From positions 1 through 32,240 of the IMG/VR virus record IMGVR_UViG_3300033146_001876: DNA of 32,240 bases; one strand, written 5' to 3'. Position 1 is the first letter of the stretch, and every line of letters begins with the position of its first letter. A model generated the notes under the pieces. It was not told where the DNA came from, made no database searches, and was given only the letters and a program-made list of their open reading frames with translations. Made by a program: the position numbers and the translations under genes. Shown here in pieces: positions 24,684 to 32,230 of this stretch. The DNA comes from a virus. Taxonomy: Duplodnaviria; Caudoviricetes.

Positions 24684-27386
24684 TTAAAGTACAACAATTT
24701 CTATTGTACTAACTCCAATTTCATCTGAAGATTCTAAAGACTTACCAAAAATGATACCTTGCTTTTCCTGATTAACCACAAATTCATGATTAATAGAAAT
24801 AGCCATACCATTTTTATATGATACAAGTGGTTCGCCTTTTTTGACTTTTCCAAACACTTGACATGGCACTCTACCTTTAAGAGCAATAAAAGTACCATTT
24901 TCTAATTCTGAATTCATCATCAAACCTGGTTGTGTCGAAACAACACCAAGAACAGCTTGTGAACTAATTTCATCAGAAATAACACAATCGGTATCTTTTC
25001 CACCAATTAGAATAACTTGACCAGGAACAGGTGAACCAGCAACAGTATATCTTTCTGCCAAGTCAGCATAGTTCGCTGAAGTAGCATTGCCATAAAATGT
25101 ATAAGCATAAACACCTTTATAACGATAAGATGATGTTCCTAAATAACGAGCGTTATTTGAACTTGGTCTAAGATCACCACTATGTACGTCAGAAGCATTA
25201 CTTCTTAAAAACGCACTTGAATCCAAACCATCTAATAAATTAGAATCAGCAGCTTTTGCGGTTAATCCCAAATAAGATGATGAGTGAGTATGTGTACTTG
25301 GTGAAAAATAACTAGCACTATGACCACCCAAAAGTGAAGAATTCGATGAAATTCCATTATTGTCACATCTTACCCAAGAACCCCAAGTACCACTATATTG
25401 TCCACGATAATACATTTTAGCAGATGTACCATAAGTGATATATGTTTGTATAACACCCGCAGATTTCATAACAGTTAACGCACCAGCTTCATTTACTGGA
25501 TAATGTCTAGCAGAACTTGTATTAGCATTGGCAGATTGATACCAAAAACCAGCTGTAGTTTTAGTATTTAAATCAACCGTACCTAATGCTGGCGCATTGG
25601 CTGGAACAAGACTAGCTCCTAGTGTTGAACTTGAATGGGTGTGACTATCATTATTAACTTGAACATTAATGGCAATATTGGCTGTTCCATCAAAAGCCAC
25701 CGCATTAGCAGTAATATCTCCAACAATATCTATTGTTCTTGCTGTTGCTAATTTTGTTGCTGAAGCTGCGTTTGATGTACTATTTAAAAAATAACTTGCT
25801 GAATGACCATCTAGCATATCAGCATCTAAACCACTTCCAGAACCATCAACTGTTTTAATTTTTGCTAAAACATCCGCAGCCGTATAAGCACTTGAATCTA
25901 ATTTAGTAGCAATGTTATTATTAACAGTAGTAGCAAAGTTTGGATCATCCCCAAGTGCAGCAGCTAATTCATTCAATGTATCAAGTGCTGCTGGTGAAGA
26001 ATCAACAAGCGCAGCAATTTTAGCATCAACTTCTGAAGATGAATCAGTAGAACCAGCGACAGCAAAATATGTTGAATCATGACCATCAAGTTTATTAGCA
26101 TCTGCTGCTTTAGCACTTAAACCAAGATAAGCGGTATCGTGATTATGTGTACCAATTGAATAATAACTTGAAGAATGACCATCTAATAAATCAGCATCAA
26201 GACCACTTCCAGCACCATCTAATGATTTAACTTTTGAAAATACATCCGCAGCAGTATAAATACTTGAATTTAATTTAGTCGCAGCAATAGTATCAACTTC
26301 CGTTTTGTTATATGTTGAAGCATCAACAGCGAAATGAGAAGCATGAAGACCATCTAATAAATCAGCATCTAATCCTGAACCTGTTCCATCAATAGATTGA
26401 ATTGAATCCATATAATCTTGAGCAGATTTAATGAAGAATGTTGCTTCATGACCATCTAATAAATCAGCATCCAATCCTGAACCAGAACCATCTAATGATT
26501 TAACTTTTGAAAATACATCCGCTGCCGTATATAAAGCAGAATTAAGTTTTAAAGCATCAACTCCATCAACATAAGCTTTTGAAACAACAATATTAGCTGT
26601 TCCACCAATCGGACCATATTCAAAAGTATCGGTTGCTTCATTAAAAACAAATTGCCAATTAACTAAATTACCACGATCAATATCAAATCCAGAATAAACC
26701 GCTGTTACACCATCTCCCATTTCACCAGAGTTCAAGGTGATACGATTATCTTCAGCGGTAAAATTGGTGGTGTCCATTTGAATGTTGTCGCCTTGAAAAA
26801 CAACATCGTTGGTGAATGTGGCGGTATTAAAAACGGTATGACCTGTAACTTCAACATCCCCACTAAAATTAGCATCAGGAGCAGTAAAGTTAATAACACT
26901 TGTCGCACCAAAAGAAACACTTCCACCAGCTCCAGTCGCTTGAATAGCAATTTGACCATTCATACCGGAGTTAGAAATTTCAATACCATTTTCTGAGATA
27001 ATTTTAGATTCACCTGTACCAGTTGTTTTAACAGTAATACCTTGATCAGTATCAGCTTTGATATGAACAGTTGAAGCATCCGTTCCAATAACTGGTGTAT
27101 CACCAAGATATAACGTATTTTCAGATAAATGAAGTTCGTCAATCCAAGCAGTTTTAAAGTGTTTGTCAGTTGAACCTAAATCATATTGTGCTGAAGAATT
27201 TGGTGTAATATTTCCAAAGACTTCAGCGGTTTTGAATTGAATTTCTGAAGTGCTTGATAATCCACTTTGAGTAGCATCTAATTCTGCTCTCAATCCTGTA
27301 ATAGCATCGATTGAATGTCCATGCGTCCATGGCGCAAACCTTGATTCGATAGTCACAGAATTTAAATCAAAATAATTTAAAGACAT
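24684..27386 (-). CDS. Tail fibre protein 2, with knob domain and C-terminal autocleaving chaperone (peptidase G2-like)
   Basis: 900 aa; four GSGLDAD(L/M)LDG repeats, LVDSSPAALDTLNELAAALGDDPNFATT fibre motif, DLN...GFWYQ...WGSW knob, NYADLAERY...LGVVSTQPG..MN...GRVPC tail. Confidence 0.85.
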   Translation of the reverse strand: MSLNYFDLNSVTIESRFAPWTHGHSIDAITGLRAELDATQSGLSSTSEIQFKTAEVFGNITPNSSAQYDLGSTDKHFKTAWIDELHLSENTLYLGDTPVIGTDASTVHIKADTDQGITVKTTGTGESKIISENGIEISNSGMNGQIAIQATGAGGSVSFGATSVINFTAPDANFSGDVEVTGHTVFNTATFTNDVVFQGDNIQMDTTNFTAEDNRITLNSGEMGDGVTAVYSGFDIDRGNLVNWQFVFNEATDTFEYGPIGGTANIVVSKAYVDGVDALKLNSALYTAADVFSKVKSLDGSGSGLDADLLDGHEATFFIKSAQDYMDSIQSIDGTGSGLDADLLDGLHASHFAVDASTYNKTEVDTIAATKLNSSIYTAADVFSKVKSLDGAGSGLDADLLDGHSSSYYSIGTHNHDTAYLGLSAKAADANKLDGHDSTYFAVAGSTDSSSEVDAKIAALVDSSPAALDTLNELAAALGDDPNFATTVNNNIATKLDSSAYTAADVLAKIKTVDGSGSGLDADMLDGHSASYFLNSTSNAASATKLATARTIDIVGDITANAVAFDGTANIAINVQVNNDSHTHSSSTLGASLVPANAPALGTVDLNTKTTAGFWYQSANANTSSARHYPVNEAGALTVMKSAGVIQTYITYGTSAKMYYRGQYSGTWGSWVRCDNNGISSNSSLLGGHSASYFSPSTHTHSSSYLGLTAKAADSNLLDGLDSSAFLRSNASDVHSGDLRPSSNNARYLGTSSYRYKGVYAYTFYGNATSANYADLAERYTVAGSPVPGQVILIGGKDTDCVISDEISSQAVLGVVSTQPGLMMNSELENGTFIALKGRVPCQVFGKVKKGEPLVSYKNGMAISINHEFVVNQEKQGIIFGKSLESSDEIGVSTIEIVVL
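25642..25741 (-). repeat. Right copy of 100-bp inverted repeat shared with 7482..7581
   Basis: Encodes RTIDIVGDITANAVAFDGTANIAIN(V/A)QVNNDSH in both fibres, 99/100 nt identical. Confidence 0.95.
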
Positions 27387-27432
27387 GTTTGGTAATCCTT
27401 TCGAAAGATTAATTTTTGTTATGTGTTATTCT

Positions 27433-27444
27433 TATTTATAAATA
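27433..27444. promoter_or_regulatory. Overlapping divergent late promoters (palindrome TATTTATAAATA)
   Basis: TATAAATA on the minus strand at 27433-40 (towards fibre 2) and on the plus strand at 27437-44 (towards ORF 27463). Confidence 0.7.
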
Positions 27445-27462
27445 TAAATGAAAGGAGATACT

Positions 27463-27639
27463 ATGAAAGTAATCAAGACACCATCAATCAAATATGTAGT
27501 AGTTTTTTATGAAAAGAACGAAAATGTTATGGATTTTTATACCGATAAACATAAAGTTTTATATCATAAATTATCTCCCGCTAATATGAAACCTGCGGAG
27601 AAAAAAGTTTATGAATCCGCATATATTTATTCAAGATAA
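27463..27639 (+). CDS. Small hypothetical protein (58 aa)
   Basis: AAGGAG RBS before ATG 27463, downstream of a late promoter. Confidence 0.6.
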   Translation: MKVIKTPSIKYVVVFYEKNENVMDFYTDKHKVLYHKLSPANMKPAEKKVYESAYIYSR

Positions 27640-27642
27640 AGC

Positions 27643-27671
27643 TTGACTTTTGTTGAAATATTTGTTATTAT
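27643..27671 (+). promoter_or_regulatory. Sigma70-type promoter, probably giving a leaderless transcript
   Basis: TTGACT-17 nt-TATTAT with extended TG; ATG 27678 lies 7 nt after the -10 box and has no SD. Confidence 0.65.
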
Positions 27672-27677
27672 ACAGAT

Positions 27678-28895
27678 ATGAAGATAACCAATAAGACATT
27701 ATTAAATTCCCCGCTTGCTTCGAAAACATATGTAGTAGGCGGAGCCGTTCGTGATATGAATCTAAATCTTCCTGTTGAAGATATGGATTATGTTATCACT
27801 GCTACCCGAAAAGAATTTACCGATCATTTTCCTAATGCTGAAATGGTCGGTAATTCATTTCCAGTCTACCTAATCGAAGGTGATGAAGTTGCTTTATCCC
27901 GAACTGAAGAAAATTCAGGTCATGGATATGGAAATTTCAAACTGACTGGATTAGGCGTTCCAATTGAAGAAGATTTAAGCCGAAGAGATTTTACGATAAA
28001 TGCGGTGGCAATGAATATTGTTACAAAAGAAATTGTTGATCCTTTTGGTGGTTTAGAAGATTTAGAAAAAGGTATAATCAGAACCACGTATTATAACTCT
28101 TTCAAAGATGATCCCGTCAGAATCCTCCGAGCTTTTAGATTTGCTGCGAGATACGATTTTGAAATGAGTTCTGAAACCAAAAATCAAATTTCTATATTTA
28201 AGGGAGAACTTCAATATGTCACGCAAGAGCGAATTGTTTTGGAATTCACAAAAGTCTGGAAACAAGCAAAACATCCCGCAGATTATTTCAGGAAGTTGTT
28301 ACGATTCAACGTCCTCGACAGCATCCTCCCCGAATTCTCGAAGCTTGATCTCGTTCCCGCAGGACCATCAGAATTCCACGGCAGCTTAACTGCTTTTGAT
28401 CATACCATGGAAGTGATAGATCGTGTTAAAGAAGCCAAAGGTGAATTTCATCAATTTGTTGCTGCTTTATTTCACGACATAGGAAAAGCATTTACAACTG
28501 AAGATGTTTTACCTCATCATTTTGGACATGAAAAGAAGTCTTTAGAATTTGCTGAAGATTTCTTTGAAGATCATAAATTCTCTAAACGGGTAAATGAGTT
28601 TGTTCCTAAAGTTGCGAGATTTCATATGCGAGCACATAAGGTTGAAGATATGTCTGCCCGTAAACTTGCGAAATTTACTTTAGATCTCGGGCGCAGGGAT
28701 TTTGATGAAATGATACTGGTTTTCAAAGCCGATCATGAATTTTCCCCTGATCAAGAAAAAGTGTTTGACTTTATGAAAGAAGTGTTGTATAATACTGATT
28801 TCAGGAGTCTTGCTGATGTTCCACCAAAACAGCGAGCGCAAAAAGCTCATCAAATTCGTGTCGGAAAATTCAAACAATTCAAACGGGAGAATTAA
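27678..28895 (+). CDS. cca: tRNA nucleotidyltransferase (class II CCA-adding enzyme) with HD domain
   Basis: YVVGGAVRD, EDMDYV, EEDLSRRDFTINA, DPFGG.EDL, FKDDPVRILRAFRFAARY, ERI..E, H...HT...ALFHDIGK, HFGHE. Confidence 0.95.
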   Translation: MKITNKTLLNSPLASKTYVVGGAVRDMNLNLPVEDMDYVITATRKEFTDHFPNAEMVGNSFPVYLIEGDEVALSRTEENSGHGYGNFKLTGLGVPIEEDLSRRDFTINAVAMNIVTKEIVDPFGGLEDLEKGIIRTTYYNSFKDDPVRILRAFRFAARYDFEMSSETKNQISIFKGELQYVTQERIVLEFTKVWKQAKHPADYFRKLLRFNVLDSILPEFSKLDLVPAGPSEFHGSLTAFDHTMEVIDRVKEAKGEFHQFVAALFHDIGKAFTTEDVLPHHFGHEKKSLEFAEDFFEDHKFSKRVNEFVPKVARFHMRAHKVEDMSARKLAKFTLDLGRRDFDEMILVFKADHEFSPDQEKVFDFMKEVLYNTDFRSLADVPPKQRAQKAHQIRVGKFKQFKREN

Positions 28896-28896
28896 A

Positions 28897-29130
28897 ATGT
28901 CTAAAGAAATTAAAGTTGCCACTCGAGCCGAAAAGTTTATTGAATTTCGTAATGAACTTATTAACGATATTGTTGAGGAAATGGGTCAAGAAAAAGCTTA
29001 TTCTTATTTATCCGTTCCTCGCAATCGTGAAAATATTGAAGAAATTGCTCATTATAAAGCTCGTATCGCTCCTTTGCGAGATATTTCAATCGCAAACATT
29101 AAACGCCAGAAATGGTCACATAATGTTTAA
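28897..29130 (+). CDS. Hypothetical protein (77 aa)
   Basis: GGAG RBS then ATG 28897 (MSKEIKVATRAE), directly after the cca stop. Confidence 0.65.
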   Translation: MSKEIKVATRAEKFIEFRNELINDIVEEMGQEKAYSYLSVPRNRENIEEIAHYKARIAPLRDISIANIKRQKWSHNV

Positions 29131-29131
29131 A

Positions 29132-29139
29132 TATAAATA
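29132..29139 (+). promoter_or_regulatory. T4-type late promoter (TATAAATA)
   Basis: Exact consensus, intergenic, 30 nt before ATG 29170. Confidence 0.7.
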
Positions 29140-29169
29140 ACATATATAATATTATTAAAAGGATTGAAT

Positions 29170-29472
29170 ATGTCAAATATTACAAATACAAAAAATATGT
29201 TGAATGAATCCAAAGAATTCCCTGTGAATATTCTCAAGCGGATTGAAAAAATGACTGATGAGAACGACCATAACGGAGCCCGAATGTTACTGTCCAAAAC
29301 GATCAAGAATAAAAAGATGGAGGCTGCTTATACTGGAATTGATGCTCTGAACGCTTATTTTGGACACACTCCAACGTCAGCCATGGACATTCGAAATCAA
29401 ATCGATCACAAAATGTTCGAATATGTTAAAAAGACATATTCTAATGGTCAAGCCGTTTATATGGCGTTTTAA
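29170..29472 (+). CDS. Putative internal head protein 1
   Basis: Start MSNITNTKNMLNE after AAGGA; L-x-E protease-site-like motif; Lys-rich. Confidence 0.55.
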   Translation: MSNITNTKNMLNESKEFPVNILKRIEKMTDENDHNGARMLLSKTIKNKKMEAAYTGIDALNAYFGHTPTSAMDIRNQIDHKMFEYVKKTYSNGQAVYMAF

Positions 29473-29473
29473 T

Positions 29474-29791
29474 ATGAAATCTTTTGATAATATTAAACAA
29501 CTATTAGAATCCAATTCCGGTGATATTAAACATGCCAAAAAGAAATCTTTAAATATTTTAACAGATGTTGAAGATAAATTAGGTTCCGCTAATGCTATTT
29601 TGGCAGGTCTGGAAGGTTATATTGAATCATTAGAATTGTTTTATAAAGAAAATGATGATAAATCTTCTCAAATATCTGTTAAATATATATTAGCTGATAT
29701 CAGAGAACTTAAATCAAAAATCGATTTGATAAGAGTTCAATCTGGTCCAGTTCATTCTATCATTAAAAATATCAAAAGGTTAAAATCATGA
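29474..29791 (+). CDS. Putative internal head protein 2
   Basis: Start MKSFDNIKQLLE immediately after the previous stop; helical. Confidence 0.55.
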   Translation: MKSFDNIKQLLESNSGDIKHAKKKSLNILTDVEDKLGSANAILAGLEGYIESLELFYKENDDKSSQISVKYILADIRELKSKIDLIRVQSGPVHSIIKNIKRLKS

Positions 29792-30033
29792 AAACTTTCT
29801 CAGAAACGTTAGACGAAGCAAGATTAAAAGATGCTTTAATTGCTATGGATAGCACAAATCATAAGCAACTAAAAGATGCTTATTATGATGCTGTTGCTGC
29901 TATTGCTAAAGCAAAAGAAATCTTATCTAAAACACAACACGGAAGTCGTGTAACACCATTTACCAAAGAAGCGAACATTTTTCAAAATCTTTTTAAAGTT
30001 ATTGATAAATCCGATCTTGGTAAATTTTTATAA
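29788..30033 (+). CDS. Putative internal head protein 3
   Basis: Start MKTFSETLDE closely resembles the T4 capsid-targeting sequence MKTYQEFIAE; ATGA overlap. Confidence 0.6.
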   Translation: MKTFSETLDEARLKDALIAMDSTNHKQLKDAYYDAVAAIAKAKEILSKTQHGSRVTPFTKEANIFQNLFKVIDKSDLGKFL

Positions 30034-30044
30034 GGGTTTTAAAC

Positions 30045-30356
30045 ATGAATAATTTTACAAATACTAAACAATATTTAACAGAAGGTTATGGTGAAGCTTT
30101 GCCTCTTTGGTTGAAAGCTATTGCTAAAGCTTTTCCTGAAATGAAAATTGATCATGTTGATGATGATGAATATGTTATTCTCTGGAAAAATAAACCAATC
30201 GCTGGTGCTTCTTTCGAAGGTGGAAAAATCGAAATGGCTCCAATCACCGATAAAGCAGATGTTAAAAAACGTATCAAAGATTTGAAGATTAAAAAGTTCC
30301 AAAAAGAAGAGGATGTTCGTAAATTTCTTTTTGCGATAATTCATAAAGAAAAATAA
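30045..30356 (+). CDS. Putative internal head protein 4
   Basis: Start MNNFTNTKQYLTE, similar to the N-terminus of ORF 29170; Lys-rich C-terminus. Confidence 0.55.
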   Translation: MNNFTNTKQYLTEGYGEALPLWLKAIAKAFPEMKIDHVDDDEYVILWKNKPIAGASFEGGKIEMAPITDKADVKKRIKDLKIKKFQKEEDVRKFLFAIIHKEK

Positions 30357-30363
30357 AATAAAA

Positions 30364-30416
30364 GCTTGACTTCCTCCTTCGATTTTGGTATACTGTAGTT
30401 ACCTTAGACGAAGGAG
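30364..30416 (+). promoter_or_regulatory. Repeated early promoter/RBS element, copy 1
   Basis: TTGACT (30366-71)-17 nt-TATACT (30389-94)-gtagttaccttagacgAAGGAG. Confidence 0.9.
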
Positions 30417-30421
30417 TTTTT

Positions 30422-30661
30422 ATGAATCTGACTTACGAAACATCTGGTGGTTACAAAAGAACAGTGAAGAATGTTGGTAAAGGTGTTATTTCCGAGAATA
30501 AAACCCATATTACTTTTCATGCTGAGAATGGCAGAACTTATCACTGGTTTGCTGATTTCGCTATTGATGGAAGAATTGTTGGAGAAGTTCTGACCATTGA
30601 AACTAAAAGAAATTGGTGTCGCGTTATGGGTACTAAATGTCGTTATCAGAAAACTTCATAA
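30422..30661 (+). CDS. Early hypothetical protein
   Basis: 79 aa, directly under promoter copy 1 with AAGGAG RBS. Confidence 0.75.
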   Translation: MNLTYETSGGYKRTVKNVGKGVISENKTHITFHAENGRTYHWFADFAIDGRIVGEVLTIETKRNWCRVMGTKCRYQKTS

Positions 30662-30672
30662 AAGGAGAACAA

Positions 30673-30846
30673 ATGCCAGAACTTATTACTACTTTCGGTT
30701 TACGAACTTATGTGTTTTATGGTTCAAGCGATTTCTCTGCTGCGCATAAAGTGTTTCATGAATCACAACGAAAGGGTTTAGACAATAATGGTTTTGAAGA
30801 TAAATTAGAAGAAGCCGAAATTGATTTTGATTACGAAATGGAATAA
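30673..30846 (+). CDS. Early hypothetical protein (57 aa, acidic C-terminus)
   Basis: AAGGAG RBS then ATG 30673 (MPELITT). Confidence 0.7.
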   Translation: MPELITTFGLRTYVFYGSSDFSAAHKVFHESQRKGLDNNGFEDKLEEAEIDFDYEME

Positions 30847-30859
30847 AATCATTTTTTCT

Positions 30860-30912
30860 GCTTGACTTTGTTTTTGAATTTTGATATACTGTAGTTAACT
30901 TAAACGAAGGAG
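30860..30912 (+). promoter_or_regulatory. Repeated early promoter/RBS element, copy 2
   Basis: TTGACT (30862-67)-17 nt-TATACT (30885-90)-gtagttaacttaaacgAAGGAG. Confidence 0.9.
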
Positions 30913-30918
30913 TCAAAT

Positions 30919-31254
30919 ATGTCAGACACTACCATTGAAGAAGCAACTCACGCCAATCAATATGGCTATTCAGATGTTCATCCATTTGAAATCATCGAAA
31001 AACGTACCGCGAAAAAAATCATGGTTCGTGGTATGGATGCTGAACTTGATCCAAATTTCAAATGTGATACAACCATCGGTGGTTTCGTTGGTCATTGTAA
31101 TAACAATCACGCCCAAAGTTACACTTACACTTCCAATGAATCTTATCCCATCAAAGCGATCCGCTTGGATAAATGGGGTCGGTGGAAAGATAAATATGGA
31201 TTCAAGTTCAATTTAGCAACGAGTCCTTACAAATTCTATGATTACAACTTTTAA
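30919..31254 (+). CDS. Early hypothetical phage protein
   Basis: 111 aa under promoter copy 2; YSDVHPFEII...KFYDYNF. Confidence 0.75.
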   Translation: MSDTTIEEATHANQYGYSDVHPFEIIEKRTAKKIMVRGMDAELDPNFKCDTTIGGFVGHCNNNHAQSYTYTSNESYPIKAIRLDKWGRWKDKYGFKFNLATSPYKFYDYNF

Positions 31255-31268
31255 TTAAAGGAAAATGA

Positions 31269-31835
31269 ATGAAAAAATTGTATATATTACTATGTCTTTT
31301 TCTATTCTCCACCCAAGTATACGCTGTTGACTTATCTGAAAGTCAGGAGCGTATTCTTCAATTAGCATATCACCACGGTTCACAGATACACTACAGAAAC
31401 CAAACTTACGGTGAAACTATAGCAAGTATAGTCTATCAAGAAACTAAAGCAGGAGCAAAGATTTATCAACGAAATGGAATTATCGTTGGTGATAAATCTA
31501 AAAAAGGTCATTATAAATCTCTTGGAGTTATGCAAGTTCAAATTCCAGCTGCTAGAGATGTATTCCGTTGGTATCCCCAAATTATGTATTCCTATTTTGG
31601 AAGACCATGTTACCCAACAGATGAAGAATTGATTGTTGCTTTATTAACCGATGTTCATTTTAATATTGAAGTTGGCGCAGCATATTTTCGAAAAATGCTT
31701 GAACTTAAACATTCTTGGTCTGAAGCGATTCTTGCTTATAATCGAGGTGCTGGCAATGATGGCACTGATCCAAATAATTACGTCCAAAAAGTCAAACTTT
31801 GGCGTTCCAAAATAATCCTACCTTTAGTGAAATAA
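31269..31835 (+). CDS. Lytic transglycosylase (SLT/lysozyme-like fold) with Sec signal peptide
   Basis: MKKLYILLCLFLFSTQVYA signal; IVYQET (catalytic Glu), SLGVMQV, NIEVGAAYF, AILAYNRG, YVQKV. Confidence 0.85.
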   Translation: MKKLYILLCLFLFSTQVYAVDLSESQERILQLAYHHGSQIHYRNQTYGETIASIVYQETKAGAKIYQRNGIIVGDKSKKGHYKSLGVMQVQIPAARDVFRWYPQIMYSYFGRPCYPTDEELIVALLTDVHFNIEVGAAYFRKMLELKHSWSEAILAYNRGAGNDGTDPNNYVQKVKLWRSKIILPLVK

Positions 31836-31846
31836 ATCATTTTTCT

Positions 31847-31899
31847 GCTTGACTTGTTCCTTTGAATTTGATATACTGTAGTTAACTTAAACGAAGGAG
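31847..31899 (+). promoter_or_regulatory. Repeated early promoter/RBS element, copy 3
   Basis: TTGACT (31849-54)-17 nt-TATACT (31872-77)-gtagttaacttaaacgAAGGAG. Confidence 0.9.
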
Positions 31900-31904
31900 A
31901 AAAA

Positions 31905-32168
31905 ATGAACAAGATTGATTTTAACGCTATTTTCGATAACACCGAGTCCGTAAAACGACTTGCTGAATTGACTATTCTTCCTGAACCAAAATATGGTAAT
32001 GAAAAGGTCAAATTTTGTATTGGTCAAACAGTTCGCTGTTTAGCTACTGCTACCTTGATTGAAGGAACTGAATTCGAAATTTCGTCTTCTAGTGCGGTTA
32101 ATGGCTATATTCGTTACTTCGGAGCTGGTATGTGGCATCGACAAAAAGATTTAGAAAAAGTTGCTTAA
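31905..32168 (+). CDS. Early hypothetical protein
   Basis: 87 aa under promoter copy 3. Confidence 0.75.
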   Translation: MNKIDFNAIFDNTESVKRLAELTILPEPKYGNEKVKFCIGQTVRCLATATLIEGTEFEISSSSAVNGYIRYFGAGMWHRQKDLEKVA

Positions 32169-32172
32169 TTTA

Positions 32173-32225
32173 CTTGACTTTCATATTCGTTTTTGATATA
32201 CTGTAGTTACGTTAAACGAAAGGGT
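32173..32225 (+). promoter_or_regulatory. Repeated early promoter/RBS element, copy 4
   Basis: TTGACT (32174-79)-17 nt-TATACT (32197-202)-gtagttacgttaaacgAAAGGG. Confidence 0.9.
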
Positions 32226-32230
32226 AAAAC

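Noticed and set aside
27394-27410. Small hairpin (aatctttcgaaaggatt on the minus strand) overlapping the SD of fibre 2
   Set aside because: Short AU-rich stem with a G-U pair and 3-nt loop; too weak to claim regulation
12501-30637. ORF-track starts at 12501, 16486, 24026, 27448, 28810, 29164, 29360 and 30637
   Set aside because: RBS position and stop/start coupling favour downstream ATGs at 12507, 16504, 24032, 27463, 28897, 29170, 29474 and 30673
26732-32011. Further overlapping ORFs (26732, 26778, 26960, 28062, 28680, 28916, 30075, 30689, 30935, 31380, 31778)
   Set aside because: Shadows of real genes; 30689 and 31778 share PSFKLTTVYQ only because both are antisense to the repeated promoter element
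30364-32225. CRISPR array or attC integron interpretation of the repeated element
   Set aside because: Spacing is 300-1000 bp and contains genes; repeats are non-palindromic and explained by -35/-10/RBS; no cas or integrase
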